From: Bacteroidales bacterium
GTDB taxonomy: Bacteria; Bacteroidota; Bacteroidia; Bacteroidales; VadinHA17
NCBI GenBank assembly: GCA_025454795.1
Contig: JALONT010000001.1
Location: 64,947 to 128,946, forward strand
DNA length: 64,000 bases
Reading direction: 5' to 3'
The translations under genes and the position numbers were made by a program. Under the pieces are notes generated by a model. The model did not search any database and was not told the DNA's origin. It worked only from the letters and a program-made list of their open reading frames with translations. Numbering within the stretch: position 1 is the first letter of the stretch; the number at the start of each line of letters is the position of its first letter. Shown here piece after piece: positions 8,431 to 18,400 of this stretch.

Positions 8431-9405
8431 TTATTTACTTCTTGAAGTCGTATAGTTTATAAATCTCCTGATGGAATCTTTAACCGCAGAATCGGGGTAA
8501 GAGTCAAGGATGGCTAGCGATTTGTCGCGATACTGATTCATCTTATTCTCAGTATATTCCAGTCCTCCGGAAACTTTAACGAATTGAATTACCTGGTTTA
8601 TTTCATTTTTTGTCTTCTTCCTGCTCCTGACAATAGAAAGAATATGTCTTTTCTCTGAATAGGATGCAAGTTCCAATGCATGAATAAGCGGAAGAGTAAT
8701 TTTCCTTTCCTTGATATCGTTTCCCACAATTTTACCGGTAAGACCATTTGTCTCATAGTCAAGAAGATCATCGCGAATCTGAAAAGCAATGCCGATATTT
8801 TCACCAAGATCCTTCATTATCTGAACCGTATCGTGATCCTCAGTCACCGATCTTGCACCTGTTGCTGTGCATGCAGCTATCAGAGCAGCAGTCTTACTGA
8901 TTATGATTTTAAAATAATCCTCTTCTTTGATATTGAGTTTTCTTGATTTCTGAAGCTGTAAAAGCTCTCCTTCTGCCATCGAATTTACTGCTTCAGATAT
9001 AATCTCAAGCATATCATAACGACCATGTTCAACACTTATCAGCATTCCTTTGGAAAGCATGTAATCACCAACAAGCACGGCTATCTTCGAATTCCATAAT
9101 GCGTTAACGGATAGCGCTCCTCTTCGTTCATGTGCATCGTCAACAACATCATCATGAACAAGAGATGCAGTATGAAGCAGCTCTATCATCGTGGCTGCAA
9201 TATAAGTAGATTCCGAAATCCTGCCGTTTAGCCCTGCTGTAAGAAAAACAAGCAATGGCCTCATCTGCTTTCCCTTGCGGCGCAGAATGTAATTGAGGAT
9301 TATTTTGAGCAGTGGGATATCACTTTTCATGGTCCTGTTAAAGAAGGATTCAAATTTATCCATCTCCTTTTCAACAGGCTTCCTGATTTCAGATAAAAGC
9401 GACAT
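8431..9405 (-). CDS. ispB: polyprenyl diphosphate synthase, long-chain type (IspB-like)
   Basis: 324 aa. First Asp-rich motif is LVHDDVVDD with small residues (A, S) at -5/-4. Second motif is FQIRDDLLD. Confidence 0.8.
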   Translation of the reverse strand: MSLLSEIRKPVEKEMDKFESFFNRTMKSDIPLLKIILNYILRRKGKQMRPLLVFLTAGLNGRISESTYIAATMIELLHTASLVHDDVVDDAHERRGALSVNALWNSKIAVLVGDYMLSKGMLISVEHGRYDMLEIISEAVNSMAEGELLQLQKSRKLNIKEEDYFKIIISKTAALIAACTATGARSVTEDHDTVQIMKDLGENIGIAFQIRDDLLDYETNGLTGKIVGNDIKERKITLPLIHALELASYSEKRHILSIVRSRKKTKNEINQVIQFVKVSGGLEYTENKMNQYRDKSLAILDSYPDSAVKDSIRRFINYTTSRSK

Positions 9406-9528
9406 ATAGATTTATTTCAGTCAAATATAGCAAATAAAGGAAGCACTTCAATTCTCTGGGGGACCAGTCTTTAATTTACGGAAAATCAATTATCTGGAAA
9501 CTTAAAGTATCATATCAACATATTTATA

Positions 9529-9536
9529 TATTTTTG
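9529..9536 (+). promoter_or_regulatory. TAnnTTTG -7 promoter motif (TATTTTTG) upstream of the ArsR-family gene
   Basis: Lies 19 nt upstream of the ATG at 9555, in the divergent ispB/arsR intergenic region. Confidence 0.45.
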
Positions 9537-9554
9537 TATTGTAATTATTCATAA

Positions 9555-9857
9555 ATGGAAGTAAAAGAACTTGATCCGGAAACCCTTGGAAAAGCAGCAA
9601 ATATGCTTAAAGCAATTGCCCATCCGGTAAGGATTTCAATTGTAGGATACCTGGAGGATGGCAAAAAACGTACAGTTACAGAGATACATAAGAAACTTGG
9701 TATTGAACAGTCAACAGCGTCCCATCACCTTGTGATCCTGAAAGACAGAGGCGTACTGTCATCAAAGAGAGAAGGGAAAAATACCTGGTACTTCCTTAAG
9801 CACCCAAACCTGAAGAACGTGCTTAGCAGTATTGGTGATTGCTGTAAAGAGGGATGA
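9555..9857 (+). CDS. ArsR/SmtB family transcriptional regulator
   Basis: 100 aa. LKAIAHPVRISIVGYL...TVTEIHKKLGIEQSTASHHLVILKDRGVL is a winged-HTH sequence. Confidence 0.85.
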   Translation: MEVKELDPETLGKAANMLKAIAHPVRISIVGYLEDGKKRTVTEIHKKLGIEQSTASHHLVILKDRGVLSSKREGKNTWYFLKHPNLKNVLSSIGDCCKEG

Positions 9858-9876
9858 GTCCTGTTTAACCGGGATT

Positions 9877-10485
9877 TCAGTTTGTATCCCTGAACATACT
9901 CTTCTGAAACAATAGAATCGATATCACTCCGCAGGTTATCGACGAATCAGCAATATTGAACACCGGCCGGAAAAAAATAAATGTTTCTCCGGGTCTGAAA
10001 GGAGACCATTCGGGCCAGTGAGTGTTAATAACCGGAAAATAAAGCATATCGACCACCCTTCCATGAAGAAATGAAGAATATCCACCTCCGGGAGGAAACA
10101 TAACAGCCACCTGGTTATAACTTTCACTGAAAATCATCCCGTAAAATGCACTGTCAATAATATTCCCGACTGCACCTGCCAGTATAGCGCTGACAGCAAG
10201 AATCAGACCCGGGTTCGATTTTTTCCTGATTAATGAATAAAGAAACCAGATAATACCGAAAATTGCAATTATCCTGAATATACTTAAAATCAGTTTCCCT
10301 GGTTTACCACCCATCTCCATGCCGAAAGCCATCCCATTGTTCTCTATGAAATGAAGCATGCCCCATTTTCCGAAAAAATGTATTTCATCACCTATCTGCA
10401 AATGGGTTTTAACCCAGATCTTAAGTATCTGATCTGCAATGAGTATCAGCATTACCAATAAAACCGATTTCTTCCCTGAAGACAT
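9877..10485 (-). CDS. lspA: lipoprotein signal peptidase II
   Basis: 202 aa. ADQILKIWV, NNGMAFG, VVDMLYF and FNIADSSI are conserved LspA boxes. Confidence 0.9.
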   Translation of the reverse strand: MSSGKKSVLLVMLILIADQILKIWVKTHLQIGDEIHFFGKWGMLHFIENNGMAFGMEMGGKPGKLILSIFRIIAIFGIIWFLYSLIRKKSNPGLILAVSAILAGAVGNIIDSAFYGMIFSESYNQVAVMFPPGGGYSSFLHGRVVDMLYFPVINTHWPEWSPFRPGETFIFFRPVFNIADSSITCGVISILLFQKSMFRDTN

Positions 10486-10655
10486 TCTCTTAAACTAATA
10501 ATTAAGTGTCGCAAAATAGCAAAAAATTTCTGACAAAAGATTCTGTTACGGAGAAAAGCACTGGAAAATGGCAGAAGGATCTCAAACAGAAAAGAAGGAA
10601 ACATGAAACACAATTTCTTTTCGTAACTTTCATGAATTATTTAATCAACTAAATT

Positions 10656-11318
10656 ATGGGATCTAAAACTGCAATTGTGTTTGGCGCCACCGGTCTTGTT
10701 GGGAATCTGCTGCTTGAGGAACTGATAAACTGCGGAAACTATAAGGCAATCAGGATATTTGTCAGGCAAACAACTGATGTTTCAGAACCAAGTGTTGAGG
10801 AAATTATTACAGATTTTTCTCTTCCTGAAAGTTTTTTATCGAAAATAGAAGGGAATGATCTGTTTATATGTACCGGCACAACAATAAGAAAAGCGGGATC
10901 AGTGGCAAATGTGGAAAAAATTGACCGGGACCTGCCGGCTGTAGTGGCAGAAGCAGCTCATAAAAATGGGGTAAAAAAGATAGCTGTTGTGTCCTCAATT
11001 GGGGCAGATACAAACTCAAAAAATTATTACCTCCGGATTAAAGGAGAGATGGAAGAGAATATTCTTAAGATGGGATTTGAAAAAACAGTGATAGTCAGAC
11101 CATCAATATTATTGGGCGAGAGGAAGGAGATAAGGGCCGGGGAAATTGTGGGCAAAGCGGTAATGAAAGCAATTCAGCCTGTATTTACCGGGAAGTTCAG
11201 GAAGTACAGGCCCATACATGGCCGTGATGTTGCAAAGGCTATGATTTCTTTATTGGAGAAGGAGGCAGGAAAGAATATTTTTGAATCGGATGAATTAAAG
11301 AAGATTGCAAGAGAATAA
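10656..11318 (+). CDS. NAD(P)H-binding Rossmann-fold protein (atypical SDR)
   Basis: 220 aa with an N-terminal VFGATGLVGNLLL dinucleotide-binding motif. Confidence 0.75.
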   Translation: MGSKTAIVFGATGLVGNLLLEELINCGNYKAIRIFVRQTTDVSEPSVEEIITDFSLPESFLSKIEGNDLFICTGTTIRKAGSVANVEKIDRDLPAVVAEAAHKNGVKKIAVVSSIGADTNSKNYYLRIKGEMEENILKMGFEKTVIVRPSILLGERKEIRAGEIVGKAVMKAIQPVFTGKFRKYRPIHGRDVAKAMISLLEKEAGKNIFESDELKKIARE

Positions 11319-11346
11319 AAAATCCCGGTGTCGGGCCGGGATTTTT
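11318..11346. terminator. Bidirectional intrinsic terminator hairpin between convergent genes
   Basis: AAAAATCCCGG (11318-11328) pairs with CCGGGATTTTT (11336-11346) around a 7-nt loop. The A-tract/T-tract symmetry fits termination in both directions. Confidence 0.65.
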
Positions 11347-11365
11347 AATTTAATTGTCTTTCATT

Positions 11366-12202
11366 TTATAAGGGGCATGTAACATCATAATAATTTATAT
11401 CCCAGCAATGCCATACAGAATCTCCAAAAACTCCAGGGGATTTTACTCTTCCATTCCTGGCGGATGTGCTCCATTCAACGCTGAAATCGGCAAATAAAGT
11501 ATTATAATAGTAGTGAATTGTATAAAAAGCATCTAATGTACTGGTTGTTTTTCCGTATGTAATGAAGCTGGAATTAAAAGGATTGGCAGTTACACCGTCA
11601 GCAAGTTTTTCTTTTACATATGTATACGTGACATTTCCCATCGTTGTGCCGGTTCTTGTCCAGTCGATCTGAAGGATCGGGACCTGATCTGCCGAACTCT
11701 GGTTAAGTATCCATTGTCCACCAGTTCCGTCAAGTTTTGATGTGCCCTGGAACCACAGGAATTCACTGAAACCGCCGACTCCGGTTCGTGTAATATACAT
11801 TTTCCATAAAACATCTGAACTTCTTATCTGGCCGGTAAGCCGGGCCGTATATGATATAGCAGAATATGAAGTCGAATATGTCCACTGCCATGTTTTGTCA
11901 TCGAGATATACAGGAGTTTCATCGACAGCCAGTTTGAACGAGAGGACAGGTACAGCCAGCGTCGTAACAATTATATTACGCCAGAAATTTGCAACTCCGC
12001 AAACCAGTTTCCAGTTATTATCCGGATCACCCTTTTGCAACGATATATCCGCTGATTTTTTCCCGGCTTCAAAATTGCTGAAATCAATTGCCATTGATTC
12101 TATAGGTGGCAAGACAGGAGGATCTCCCTTATCTTTTTTACAGCCAGTGAAAAGGCTGACAATAAAGATCATCAGCAATGATAAAGCAAAATTTTTTTTC
12201 AT
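11366..12202 (-). CDS. hypothetical lipoprotein
   Basis: 278 aa. Signal peptide plus lipobox (LFTGC at residues ~17-21). No recognisable catalytic motifs. Confidence 0.6.
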   Translation of the reverse strand: MKKNFALSLLMIFIVSLFTGCKKDKGDPPVLPPIESMAIDFSNFEAGKKSADISLQKGDPDNNWKLVCGVANFWRNIIVTTLAVPVLSFKLAVDETPVYLDDKTWQWTYSTSYSAISYTARLTGQIRSSDVLWKMYITRTGVGGFSEFLWFQGTSKLDGTGGQWILNQSSADQVPILQIDWTRTGTTMGNVTYTYVKEKLADGVTANPFNSSFITYGKTTSTLDAFYTIHYYYNTLFADFSVEWSTSARNGRVKSPGVFGDSVWHCWDINYYDVTCPL

Positions 12203-12348
12203 GTGAGAATTGTCTGTATTAATAATATAACGGCAAATTTAAGTGAAAAGTTGCATAATAAATAATAATTTTGATGGAGAGGCACGTATTGTAGTACCCT
12301 GGATGAACATAATTGTAATTACTTTGTTTAACACTAAAAGTTTTAAAC

Positions 12349-13071
12349 ATGGAACGCAGAAATTTTATTAGAAATCTTGGACTGGGGGTTGCTGCAACTT
12401 TTATATCAGGAAGATCTCTGGCAGGAAAAGTAACTAATTCAAATAATATAATTATGGAAAATTTACAGACTAACAAATTCCCGGCATTGCCGTACGGATA
12501 CGATGCGCTTGAGCCCTATATAGATGCAAAAACAATGGAGATCCATTATGACAGGCATCACAGGGCTTATTTTAACAACTATATAAATGCCGTAAAAGGC
12601 ACTTCTCTCGAGAATGTCCCCGTTGAAAAAGTATTTGCTGAAGTTTCAAAGGCAGGAGATGCGGTAAGGAATAATGGCGGAGGTTATTACAACCATTTTG
12701 TTTTCTGGAATAATCTTGGCAGGAATTCCACAGCGTTATCGCCTGAATTATCCACAGCGATCTCCAAAGCATTCGGTTCTTTCGACAAGTTCAGAGAAAC
12801 ATTCAGCAATGCGGCAAAGACGCGTTTCGGAAGCGGTTGGGCATGGCTCTACATGACCCCAGATAAAAACCTGGCTGTGGGCAGCACCCCCAATCAGGAC
12901 AATCCTCTGATGGACCTTTCCCCGATAAAGGGTATTCCTCTGCTTACACTTGATGTATGGGAGCATGCATATTATCTGAAATATCAGAATAAAAGACCTG
13001 AGTATGTTGAGGCATTCTGGAATATTGTGAACTGGGAAGAAGTGAATAGAAGATATCTGGCAGCAAAATAA
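12349..13071 (+). CDS. Fe/Mn superoxide dismutase with an N-terminal twin-arginine signal
   Basis: 240 aa. ERRNFIRNLGLGVAATFISGRSLAG is a Tat-type leader. The SOD core follows (LPYGYDALEPYID, HYDRHH, DVWEHAYYL). An internal ATG at 12454 would give a leaderless enzyme. Confidence 0.9.
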   Translation: MERRNFIRNLGLGVAATFISGRSLAGKVTNSNNIIMENLQTNKFPALPYGYDALEPYIDAKTMEIHYDRHHRAYFNNYINAVKGTSLENVPVEKVFAEVSKAGDAVRNNGGGYYNHFVFWNNLGRNSTALSPELSTAISKAFGSFDKFRETFSNAAKTRFGSGWAWLYMTPDKNLAVGSTPNQDNPLMDLSPIKGIPLLTLDVWEHAYYLKYQNKRPEYVEAFWNIVNWEEVNRRYLAAK

Positions 13072-13100
13072 TTGCATGTACTCATCCCCCCGGCCCTCCC

Positions 13101-13140
13101 GTTCCCCCTCTTTCCGCCGACTGGCGGAGAGAAGGGGAAC
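13101..13140. terminator. GC-rich imperfect hairpin between convergent sod and acyl-CoA ligase genes
   Basis: GTTCCCCCTCTTTCCGCC, then GACT, then GGCGGAGAGAAGGGGAAC. This is an ~18-bp stem with two non-Watson-Crick positions. The core is TCCGCC-N4-GGCGGA. Confidence 0.5.
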
Positions 13141-13166
13141 ACATGGGGTTAGTACCTAAAATTTCT

Positions 13167-14813
13167 TTATGTATACAGGTACCTCTTGATCTTTAATGTG
13201 GCTGTCTTCTGAAACGGAACCGGCTGAAGAATGACCTTATTGATCTGACTGAATTTATTAACCTGGGAATTAACGTATTCCTGTAATTCAGAAAGCAATT
13301 CTTTTTTCTTCTCTTCGAACTTATCAGACATATCCTGCTTAAGATGCTGATATTTCTTTTCAAGTTCATCCATATTTAAATGCACATATGCAACAAGCTT
13401 CCCTTTCTGCTGGATGACAAGTGATTCAACAACAAAACGGAAATTGTTGATAACAGATTCAATTTCCTCAGGATAGATATTTTCACCGCTTGCACCAACA
13501 ATCATGTTCTTGAGACGTCCTTTAATAAAAAGATTGTTTTTGCTGTCAAGAGTACCAAGATCTCCGGTCTTAAACCATCCATCAGGAGTAAACACTTCCG
13601 CGGTCATCTCAGGTTCTTTATAGTAACCCTTCATTACGGTGGCACCTCTTGCCCAGATTTCTCCTTCTCCTGTCTTATTATCGGGATTCTTAATTATAAG
13701 TTCAATACCTTCTATTGCCGGACCGGTTGATTCAAATACAGTTTTCTTGGGATTTGCGCCGGCAAGAAGAGGTGATGTTTCCGTAAGGCCGTAACCAATT
13801 GCGTATGGAAACTTTGCTTCACGGAGAAATTTTTCGACTGATTTATTAAGCTTAGCACCACCAATGCCAAAAAACTTAATTCTTCCGCCGAAAGTTTTCA
13901 ACAGCTTCTTCCCTGCAACAACATTAAGTTTTTTTCTCAGGAATGGGATCTTATAAAGGAGCTTAAGTATTAACTTTTCTCTGAATGTGGGCAATATCTT
14001 ATTAAAGTATATCTTCTCGATGATGAGCGGGACAGTTAACATAATTGTTGGCCTTATTAACTCCAGTGCGGGCAACAAAACGGCAGGTGTTGGTGGTTTC
14101 CGAAGATAATAAACGCAAGATCCGCAGATTAACGGAAGGATCAATCCAAGTGTGTTCTCATAGCTATGCGACAAAGGCAGAACAGATAAAAAACAATCAT
14201 CTTCATCAAGTGACTGGATCTTTTTGCCTTTGAAAGCATTAAAAGAGATATTCTTATGAGTCAGCATCACCCCTTTTGAGCGGCCGGTTGTTCCGGATGT
14301 ATAAATAATCGATGCGATGTCATCTTCTGCGACATCATATTTCAATTCCGGTACTGCTTCGGGATCATATTCAGAAGAGTTATTTTCAGATATAAGCAAC
14401 GAAAAATCTTCAATCTGGATGACTGTTTTCAGGTTCTCCGACTTAAAACCATCAATCCTGTTTAAGAGCCCGGATGAAATGAAAAGTGCTTTTGAATCAG
14501 AATGTTCAAGGACATTAGCTACTTCAGTAACCGAAAAATCCGGCAGAATTGGTACTACAACGGCACCCATAAACGTAATTGAAAAGTAAGCAATGCCCCA
14601 GTTAGGCATGTTGCTGCTAAGCAGCGCCACTTTATCACCCGGATGAATTCCATTTTTTTCAAGCAGAGCAGATAATGCACTTATCCGTTTGCCTGCAACA
14701 TCATAGCTAACAGGCTCCTCTCCTACAAAGGCATATGCCTTTGATTTTCCATGCTTTCGTCTTGTCTCGTTAAATAAAGCAGGGAAAGTCAACTTAATAT
14801 TGTTCTCTTCCAT
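13167..14813 (-). CDS. long-chain fatty acid-CoA ligase (AMP-binding enzyme)
   Basis: 548 aa. AMP-binding signature IIYTSGTTGRSKGVMLTHKN, plus GYGLTE and GWFKTGD. Confidence 0.85.
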   Translation of the reverse strand: MEENNIKLTFPALFNETRRKHGKSKAYAFVGEEPVSYDVAGKRISALSALLEKNGIHPGDKVALLSSNMPNWGIAYFSITFMGAVVVPILPDFSVTEVANVLEHSDSKALFISSGLLNRIDGFKSENLKTVIQIEDFSLLISENNSSEYDPEAVPELKYDVAEDDIASIIYTSGTTGRSKGVMLTHKNISFNAFKGKKIQSLDEDDCFLSVLPLSHSYENTLGLILPLICGSCVYYLRKPPTPAVLLPALELIRPTIMLTVPLIIEKIYFNKILPTFREKLILKLLYKIPFLRKKLNVVAGKKLLKTFGGRIKFFGIGGAKLNKSVEKFLREAKFPYAIGYGLTETSPLLAGANPKKTVFESTGPAIEGIELIIKNPDNKTGEGEIWARGATVMKGYYKEPEMTAEVFTPDGWFKTGDLGTLDSKNNLFIKGRLKNMIVGASGENIYPEEIESVINNFRFVVESLVIQQKGKLVAYVHLNMDELEKKYQHLKQDMSDKFEEKKKELLSELQEYVNSQVNKFSQINKVILQPVPFQKTATLKIKRYLYT

Positions 14814-14950
14814 ATAATCGGCATCTTTAATTATTAAAAACGCCCAAAGGTACTTAATTTATTGACAACCATGTGTTAATCAACGTTAATTATTACTTTT
14901 CAGTGCTCAAAGCATTCAGTCAGATTCAACTGATAATCCATCAGAATAAC

Positions 14951-14958
14951 TAATTTTG
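14951..14958 (+). promoter_or_regulatory. TAnnTTTG -7 promoter motif (TAATTTTG) upstream of queD
   Basis: Lies 25 nt upstream of the ATG at 14984. Confidence 0.45.
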
Positions 14959-14983
14959 GACTAATATTTAAGCACTTCGGATT

Positions 14984-15448
14984 ATGAGTTCAACAATCAG
15001 GGTAACCAGGGAATTTACATTCGAGATGGCACATGTCCTCAGGAATTATGACGGACCTTGCCGTAATGTTCACGGGCACTCTTATAAATTGTTTGTGACA
15101 TTATCAGGCACTCCTGTCAGGGATTCCGCTAATCCCAAAAACGGCATGGTAATAGATTTTACAGAACTTAAGAACATTGTCCTTAATAAAATTGTTAATC
15201 AGTTTGACCATTCTGTTGTTGTAAGCAATGATTTTGACAGAGAAAAAATGGACATGATGAAAAAAACATTCGGGAATACGGTAATTGTGGATTACCAGCC
15301 AACCTGCGAAAATATGATCGCAGATTTTGCGGAACGGCTTAAGCATGAAATGCCCGCAGGGGTTCATTTGCACAGCCTGAGGCTTTTTGAAACTGCAAAA
15401 TCGTATGCGGAATGGTTTGCAGAGGATAACGGAGAACAACAGCATTAA
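14984..15448 (+). CDS. queD: 6-carboxytetrahydropterin synthase / 6-pyruvoyl-tetrahydropterin synthase family
   Basis: 154 aa. FEMAH...CRNVHGHSY is the Cys plus HxH zinc motif. Confidence 0.8.
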   Translation: MSSTIRVTREFTFEMAHVLRNYDGPCRNVHGHSYKLFVTLSGTPVRDSANPKNGMVIDFTELKNIVLNKIVNQFDHSVVVSNDFDREKMDMMKKTFGNTVIVDYQPTCENMIADFAERLKHEMPAGVHLHSLRLFETAKSYAEWFAEDNGEQQH

Positions 15449-15451
15449 TAA

Positions 15452-18265
15452 ATGAATACAGAACCTAAAAAGCTTTTCTTACTTGATGCATATGCATTGA
15501 TTTTCAGGTCATATTATGCATTCATCAAGAATCCCAGAATAACATCCAAAGGATTAAATACCTCTGCAATATTCGGGTTTCTTTTGACTCTTGATGAGGT
15601 ACTTCAAAAACAAAAACCCACTCACATTGCCGTGGTTTTTGACACTCCGACACCTACATTTCGTCATGAAATGTTCAAAGAGTACAAAGCCAACCGCGAT
15701 GCAACGCCGGAAGACATTATAAAATCGGTTCCCTATATCAAAAGACTCATAGAAGCATATAAGATCCCTGTTATTGAATATCCGGGTTTTGAAGCCGATG
15801 ATGTAATCGGAACTCTTGCCAGGAAAGCATCTGTAAAGGGTTTTGTCACATACATGATGACGCCAGACAAGGACTTTGCCCAGGTTGTTTCAGACAGAAT
15901 ATTCATGTTCAAACCATCACGGAGCGGAAACGAATCGGTTCAATGGGGTGTTGAAGATATCAAACGGGAATTTTCAGTTGAGCGTCCTGAACAGGTAATC
16001 GATATACTTGCTCTTATGGGTGATTCATCCGACAATATTCCGGGCGCTCCGGGAGTAGGACCAAAAACTGCAAAAAAGCTGATCTCTGAATATGGTTCCG
16101 TGGAGGAACTTTTCAAAAATACTGGTCAGCTGAAAGGCAAACTTAAAGAGATAATTGAAAACAACCGGGAGCAAATCGAGCTTTCCAAGAAACTGGCAAC
16201 AATAGAGCTGAATGTACCGGTTGATCTTGAGGAGGAGAAGCTGATCACCGAAACACCGGATTCACAAAAACTTAAAACTCTCTTTGATGAACTGGAATTC
16301 AAAACGGCAGCAGCCAGGATCCTTTCAGAGATAGACAAACAAGATATAACAAAACCGGAAACGCTAATAAAAGAAGTTCCTAAAACTATCCCGGCTGATC
16401 CGATGCAGGGCTCTCTCTTTTTTGGAACTGAGGAAAGTCCGGTGCCTGCTCCAACGGCAGCAATTGATAATGTCGACCATAAATACATACTTATTTCTGA
16501 TGAAAAAGAGCTTAAGGAAATAATAAACAAAGCGAATTCTCAGAAAGAGATCTGTTTTGACACGGAAACTACCAGTATAAATCCGCTGGAATCTGAAATT
16601 GTTGCACTGGCACTTTCATGGGAAAAAGGCTCCGGTTACCTTGTACAATTTCCTGAATCTCAGGAAGAAACGAAGAGGCTATTAGGATTCATTAAGCCGC
16701 TCCTTGAAAATCCGGGAATACTGAAGATAGGACAAAACATAAAATTTGATATCCAGGTCCTTGCAAATTACGATGTTGAGGTAAAAGGGCACTTATTTGA
16801 TACAATGTTAGCCCACTATCTTCTTGAGCCTGATATGCGGCACAATATGAATCTCCTGTCAGAAGTATATCTTTCATACAACCCGGTTCATATCGAATCT
16901 CTTATTGGCGAAAAAGGAGCAAATCAAAAAAATATGAGGTCTGTACCGGCAGATAAGCTCAAAGAATACGCCGTGGAGGATGCCGATATTACGCTTCAGC
17001 TAAAGAGATTCTTTGAACCCAGAATTAAGGCTGAAGGACTTGCTGATCTCGCTGCTACCATAGAAATGCCTCTGATTCCTGTTCTTGCAGACATGGAGAG
17101 AACGGGTGTGATCCTGAACCTGGAAGACCTGAAATCGATAACAGCAGGTCTCCGGGAAGATATCCTGACGCTTGAAAAGGATATCTATTCATTAGCCGGC
17201 ACAGAATTCAATATCTCCTCCCCGAAACAGCTAGGAGATATTCTTTTTATCAGGCTTAAGCTTGATGAAAAGGCCAGAATTACCAAAACCAGACAGTTTG
17301 TAACTAATGAGGAGATACTTCAGCGACTTGCCCATAAACATCCGATAATCAACAAGGTGCTGGAATACAGGGGATTAAAGAAACTCTTATCCACATATGT
17401 TGAAGCTTTACCTTTGCTGGTCAATAAAAGAACCGGAAGAATCCATACTTCTTTTAATCAGGCAGTTGCTGCAACAGGAAGGTTAAGTTCAAATAATCCG
17501 AACCTGCAGAATATACCGGTAAGAGACGAACGCGGAAGAGAGATAAGAAAGGCATTTGTTCCTGCAAAAGAATGTATTTTTCTCTCGGCCGACTACTCCC
17601 AGATCGAGCTGAGGCTAATGGCCCACATGAGCAAAGATAAGAGCATGATTTCAGATTTTCTATCCGGAAACGACATCCACACTGCCACGGCAGCCAAAAT
17701 ATTCGGGGTTGATATAAAAGATGTCACAAGAGAAATGAGAGGCAGAGCCAAGACTGCAAACTTCGGAATAATCTATGGAATCTCCTCTTTTGGTTTATCA
17801 GAACGGCTTACCATTGGAAGAAAAGAGGCAAAAGAGTTGATAGACGGGTATTTCAATTCTTATCCCGGAGTCAGGAAATACATGGATGAAAGTATACTTA
17901 AAGCGAGGGAGAACGGATTTGTCTCAACAATGTTCGGTCGCAGGCGATATTTGCGCGATATTCATTCGCGGAACCAGGTCGCCCGTGGAAATGCAGAAAG
18001 AAACGCAATAAATGCTCCGATTCAGGGTTCTGCTGCCGATATAATTAAGATCGCTATGATCAGGATACATGAACGGCTGAAATCTGAAAATTTCAGATCA
18101 AAAATGATCCTGCAGGTTCATGATGAATTAATTTTTGAAGCAGTTAATCAGGAGCTTGAAAAGCTCAAAGAAATGGTAATATATGAAATGTCAAATGCGG
18201 CTAAACTGGATGTACCGCTGATGGTTGACTGGGGAACCGGGAAAAACTGGCTGGAAGCTCATTAA
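15452..18265 (+). CDS. polA: DNA polymerase I
   Basis: 937 aa. 5'-3' exonuclease N-terminus, a 3'-5' exo domain (CFDTETTS), and family A polymerase motifs (DYSQIELR, RRxAKTxNFGIIYG, QVHDEL). Confidence 0.97.
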   Translation: MNTEPKKLFLLDAYALIFRSYYAFIKNPRITSKGLNTSAIFGFLLTLDEVLQKQKPTHIAVVFDTPTPTFRHEMFKEYKANRDATPEDIIKSVPYIKRLIEAYKIPVIEYPGFEADDVIGTLARKASVKGFVTYMMTPDKDFAQVVSDRIFMFKPSRSGNESVQWGVEDIKREFSVERPEQVIDILALMGDSSDNIPGAPGVGPKTAKKLISEYGSVEELFKNTGQLKGKLKEIIENNREQIELSKKLATIELNVPVDLEEEKLITETPDSQKLKTLFDELEFKTAAARILSEIDKQDITKPETLIKEVPKTIPADPMQGSLFFGTEESPVPAPTAAIDNVDHKYILISDEKELKEIINKANSQKEICFDTETTSINPLESEIVALALSWEKGSGYLVQFPESQEETKRLLGFIKPLLENPGILKIGQNIKFDIQVLANYDVEVKGHLFDTMLAHYLLEPDMRHNMNLLSEVYLSYNPVHIESLIGEKGANQKNMRSVPADKLKEYAVEDADITLQLKRFFEPRIKAEGLADLAATIEMPLIPVLADMERTGVILNLEDLKSITAGLREDILTLEKDIYSLAGTEFNISSPKQLGDILFIRLKLDEKARITKTRQFVTNEEILQRLAHKHPIINKVLEYRGLKKLLSTYVEALPLLVNKRTGRIHTSFNQAVAATGRLSSNNPNLQNIPVRDERGREIRKAFVPAKECIFLSADYSQIELRLMAHMSKDKSMISDFLSGNDIHTATAAKIFGVDIKDVTREMRGRAKTANFGIIYGISSFGLSERLTIGRKEAKELIDGYFNSYPGVRKYMDESILKARENGFVSTMFGRRRYLRDIHSRNQVARGNAERNAINAPIQGSAADIIKIAMIRIHERLKSENFRSKMILQVHDELIFEAVNQELEKLKEMVIYEMSNAAKLDVPLMVDWGTGKNWLEAH

Positions 18266-18321
18266 ACGGTACCGCGGCGCAAAGGCACAGCGGCGTACCG
18301 GCACAAAGAGATTACAGCTTG

Positions 18322-18375
18322 ATATCCTCCCCCTTTGAAGAGCCTGTCCCGCTCCGGCGGGAGAGATGGGGATAT
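18322..18375. terminator. GC-rich nested hairpin downstream of polA
   Basis: Outer pairing is ATATCC (18322-18327) with GGATAT (18370-18375). The inner perfect hairpin is TCCCGC-TCCG-GCGGGA (18347-18362). Confidence 0.4.
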
Positions 18376-18400
18376 AATTTTAAGATTAGTAGCATAATAT

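Noticed and set aside
11742-12206. 154-aa plus-strand ORF opposite the lipoprotein gene
   Set aside because: The minus-strand ORF has a clear signal peptide and lipobox and spans the whole region. The plus-strand ORF has no start context, and it would run into the lipoprotein gene's own start region.
14814-14983. Possible preQ1 riboswitch upstream of queD
   Set aside because: No compact hairpin followed by an A-rich tail with the conserved preQ1-I/II sequence features was visible. The region is AT-rich promoter-like sequence with a TAnnTTTG motif.
16126-16530. 134-aa antisense ORF inside polA
   Set aside because: It lies opposite the K/E-rich linker of polA and shows the same Ser-rich antisense artefact. 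polA is continuous and conserved on the plus strand.
18266-18400. Possible Moco riboswitch upstream of moaD
   Set aside because: The GC-rich structure here is a short nested hairpin of the same family seen after other genes (cores shared with 50807-50821). It sits right after the polA stop. I could not recognise the multi-stem Moco motif architecture. Only an Infernal scan could exclude it formally.
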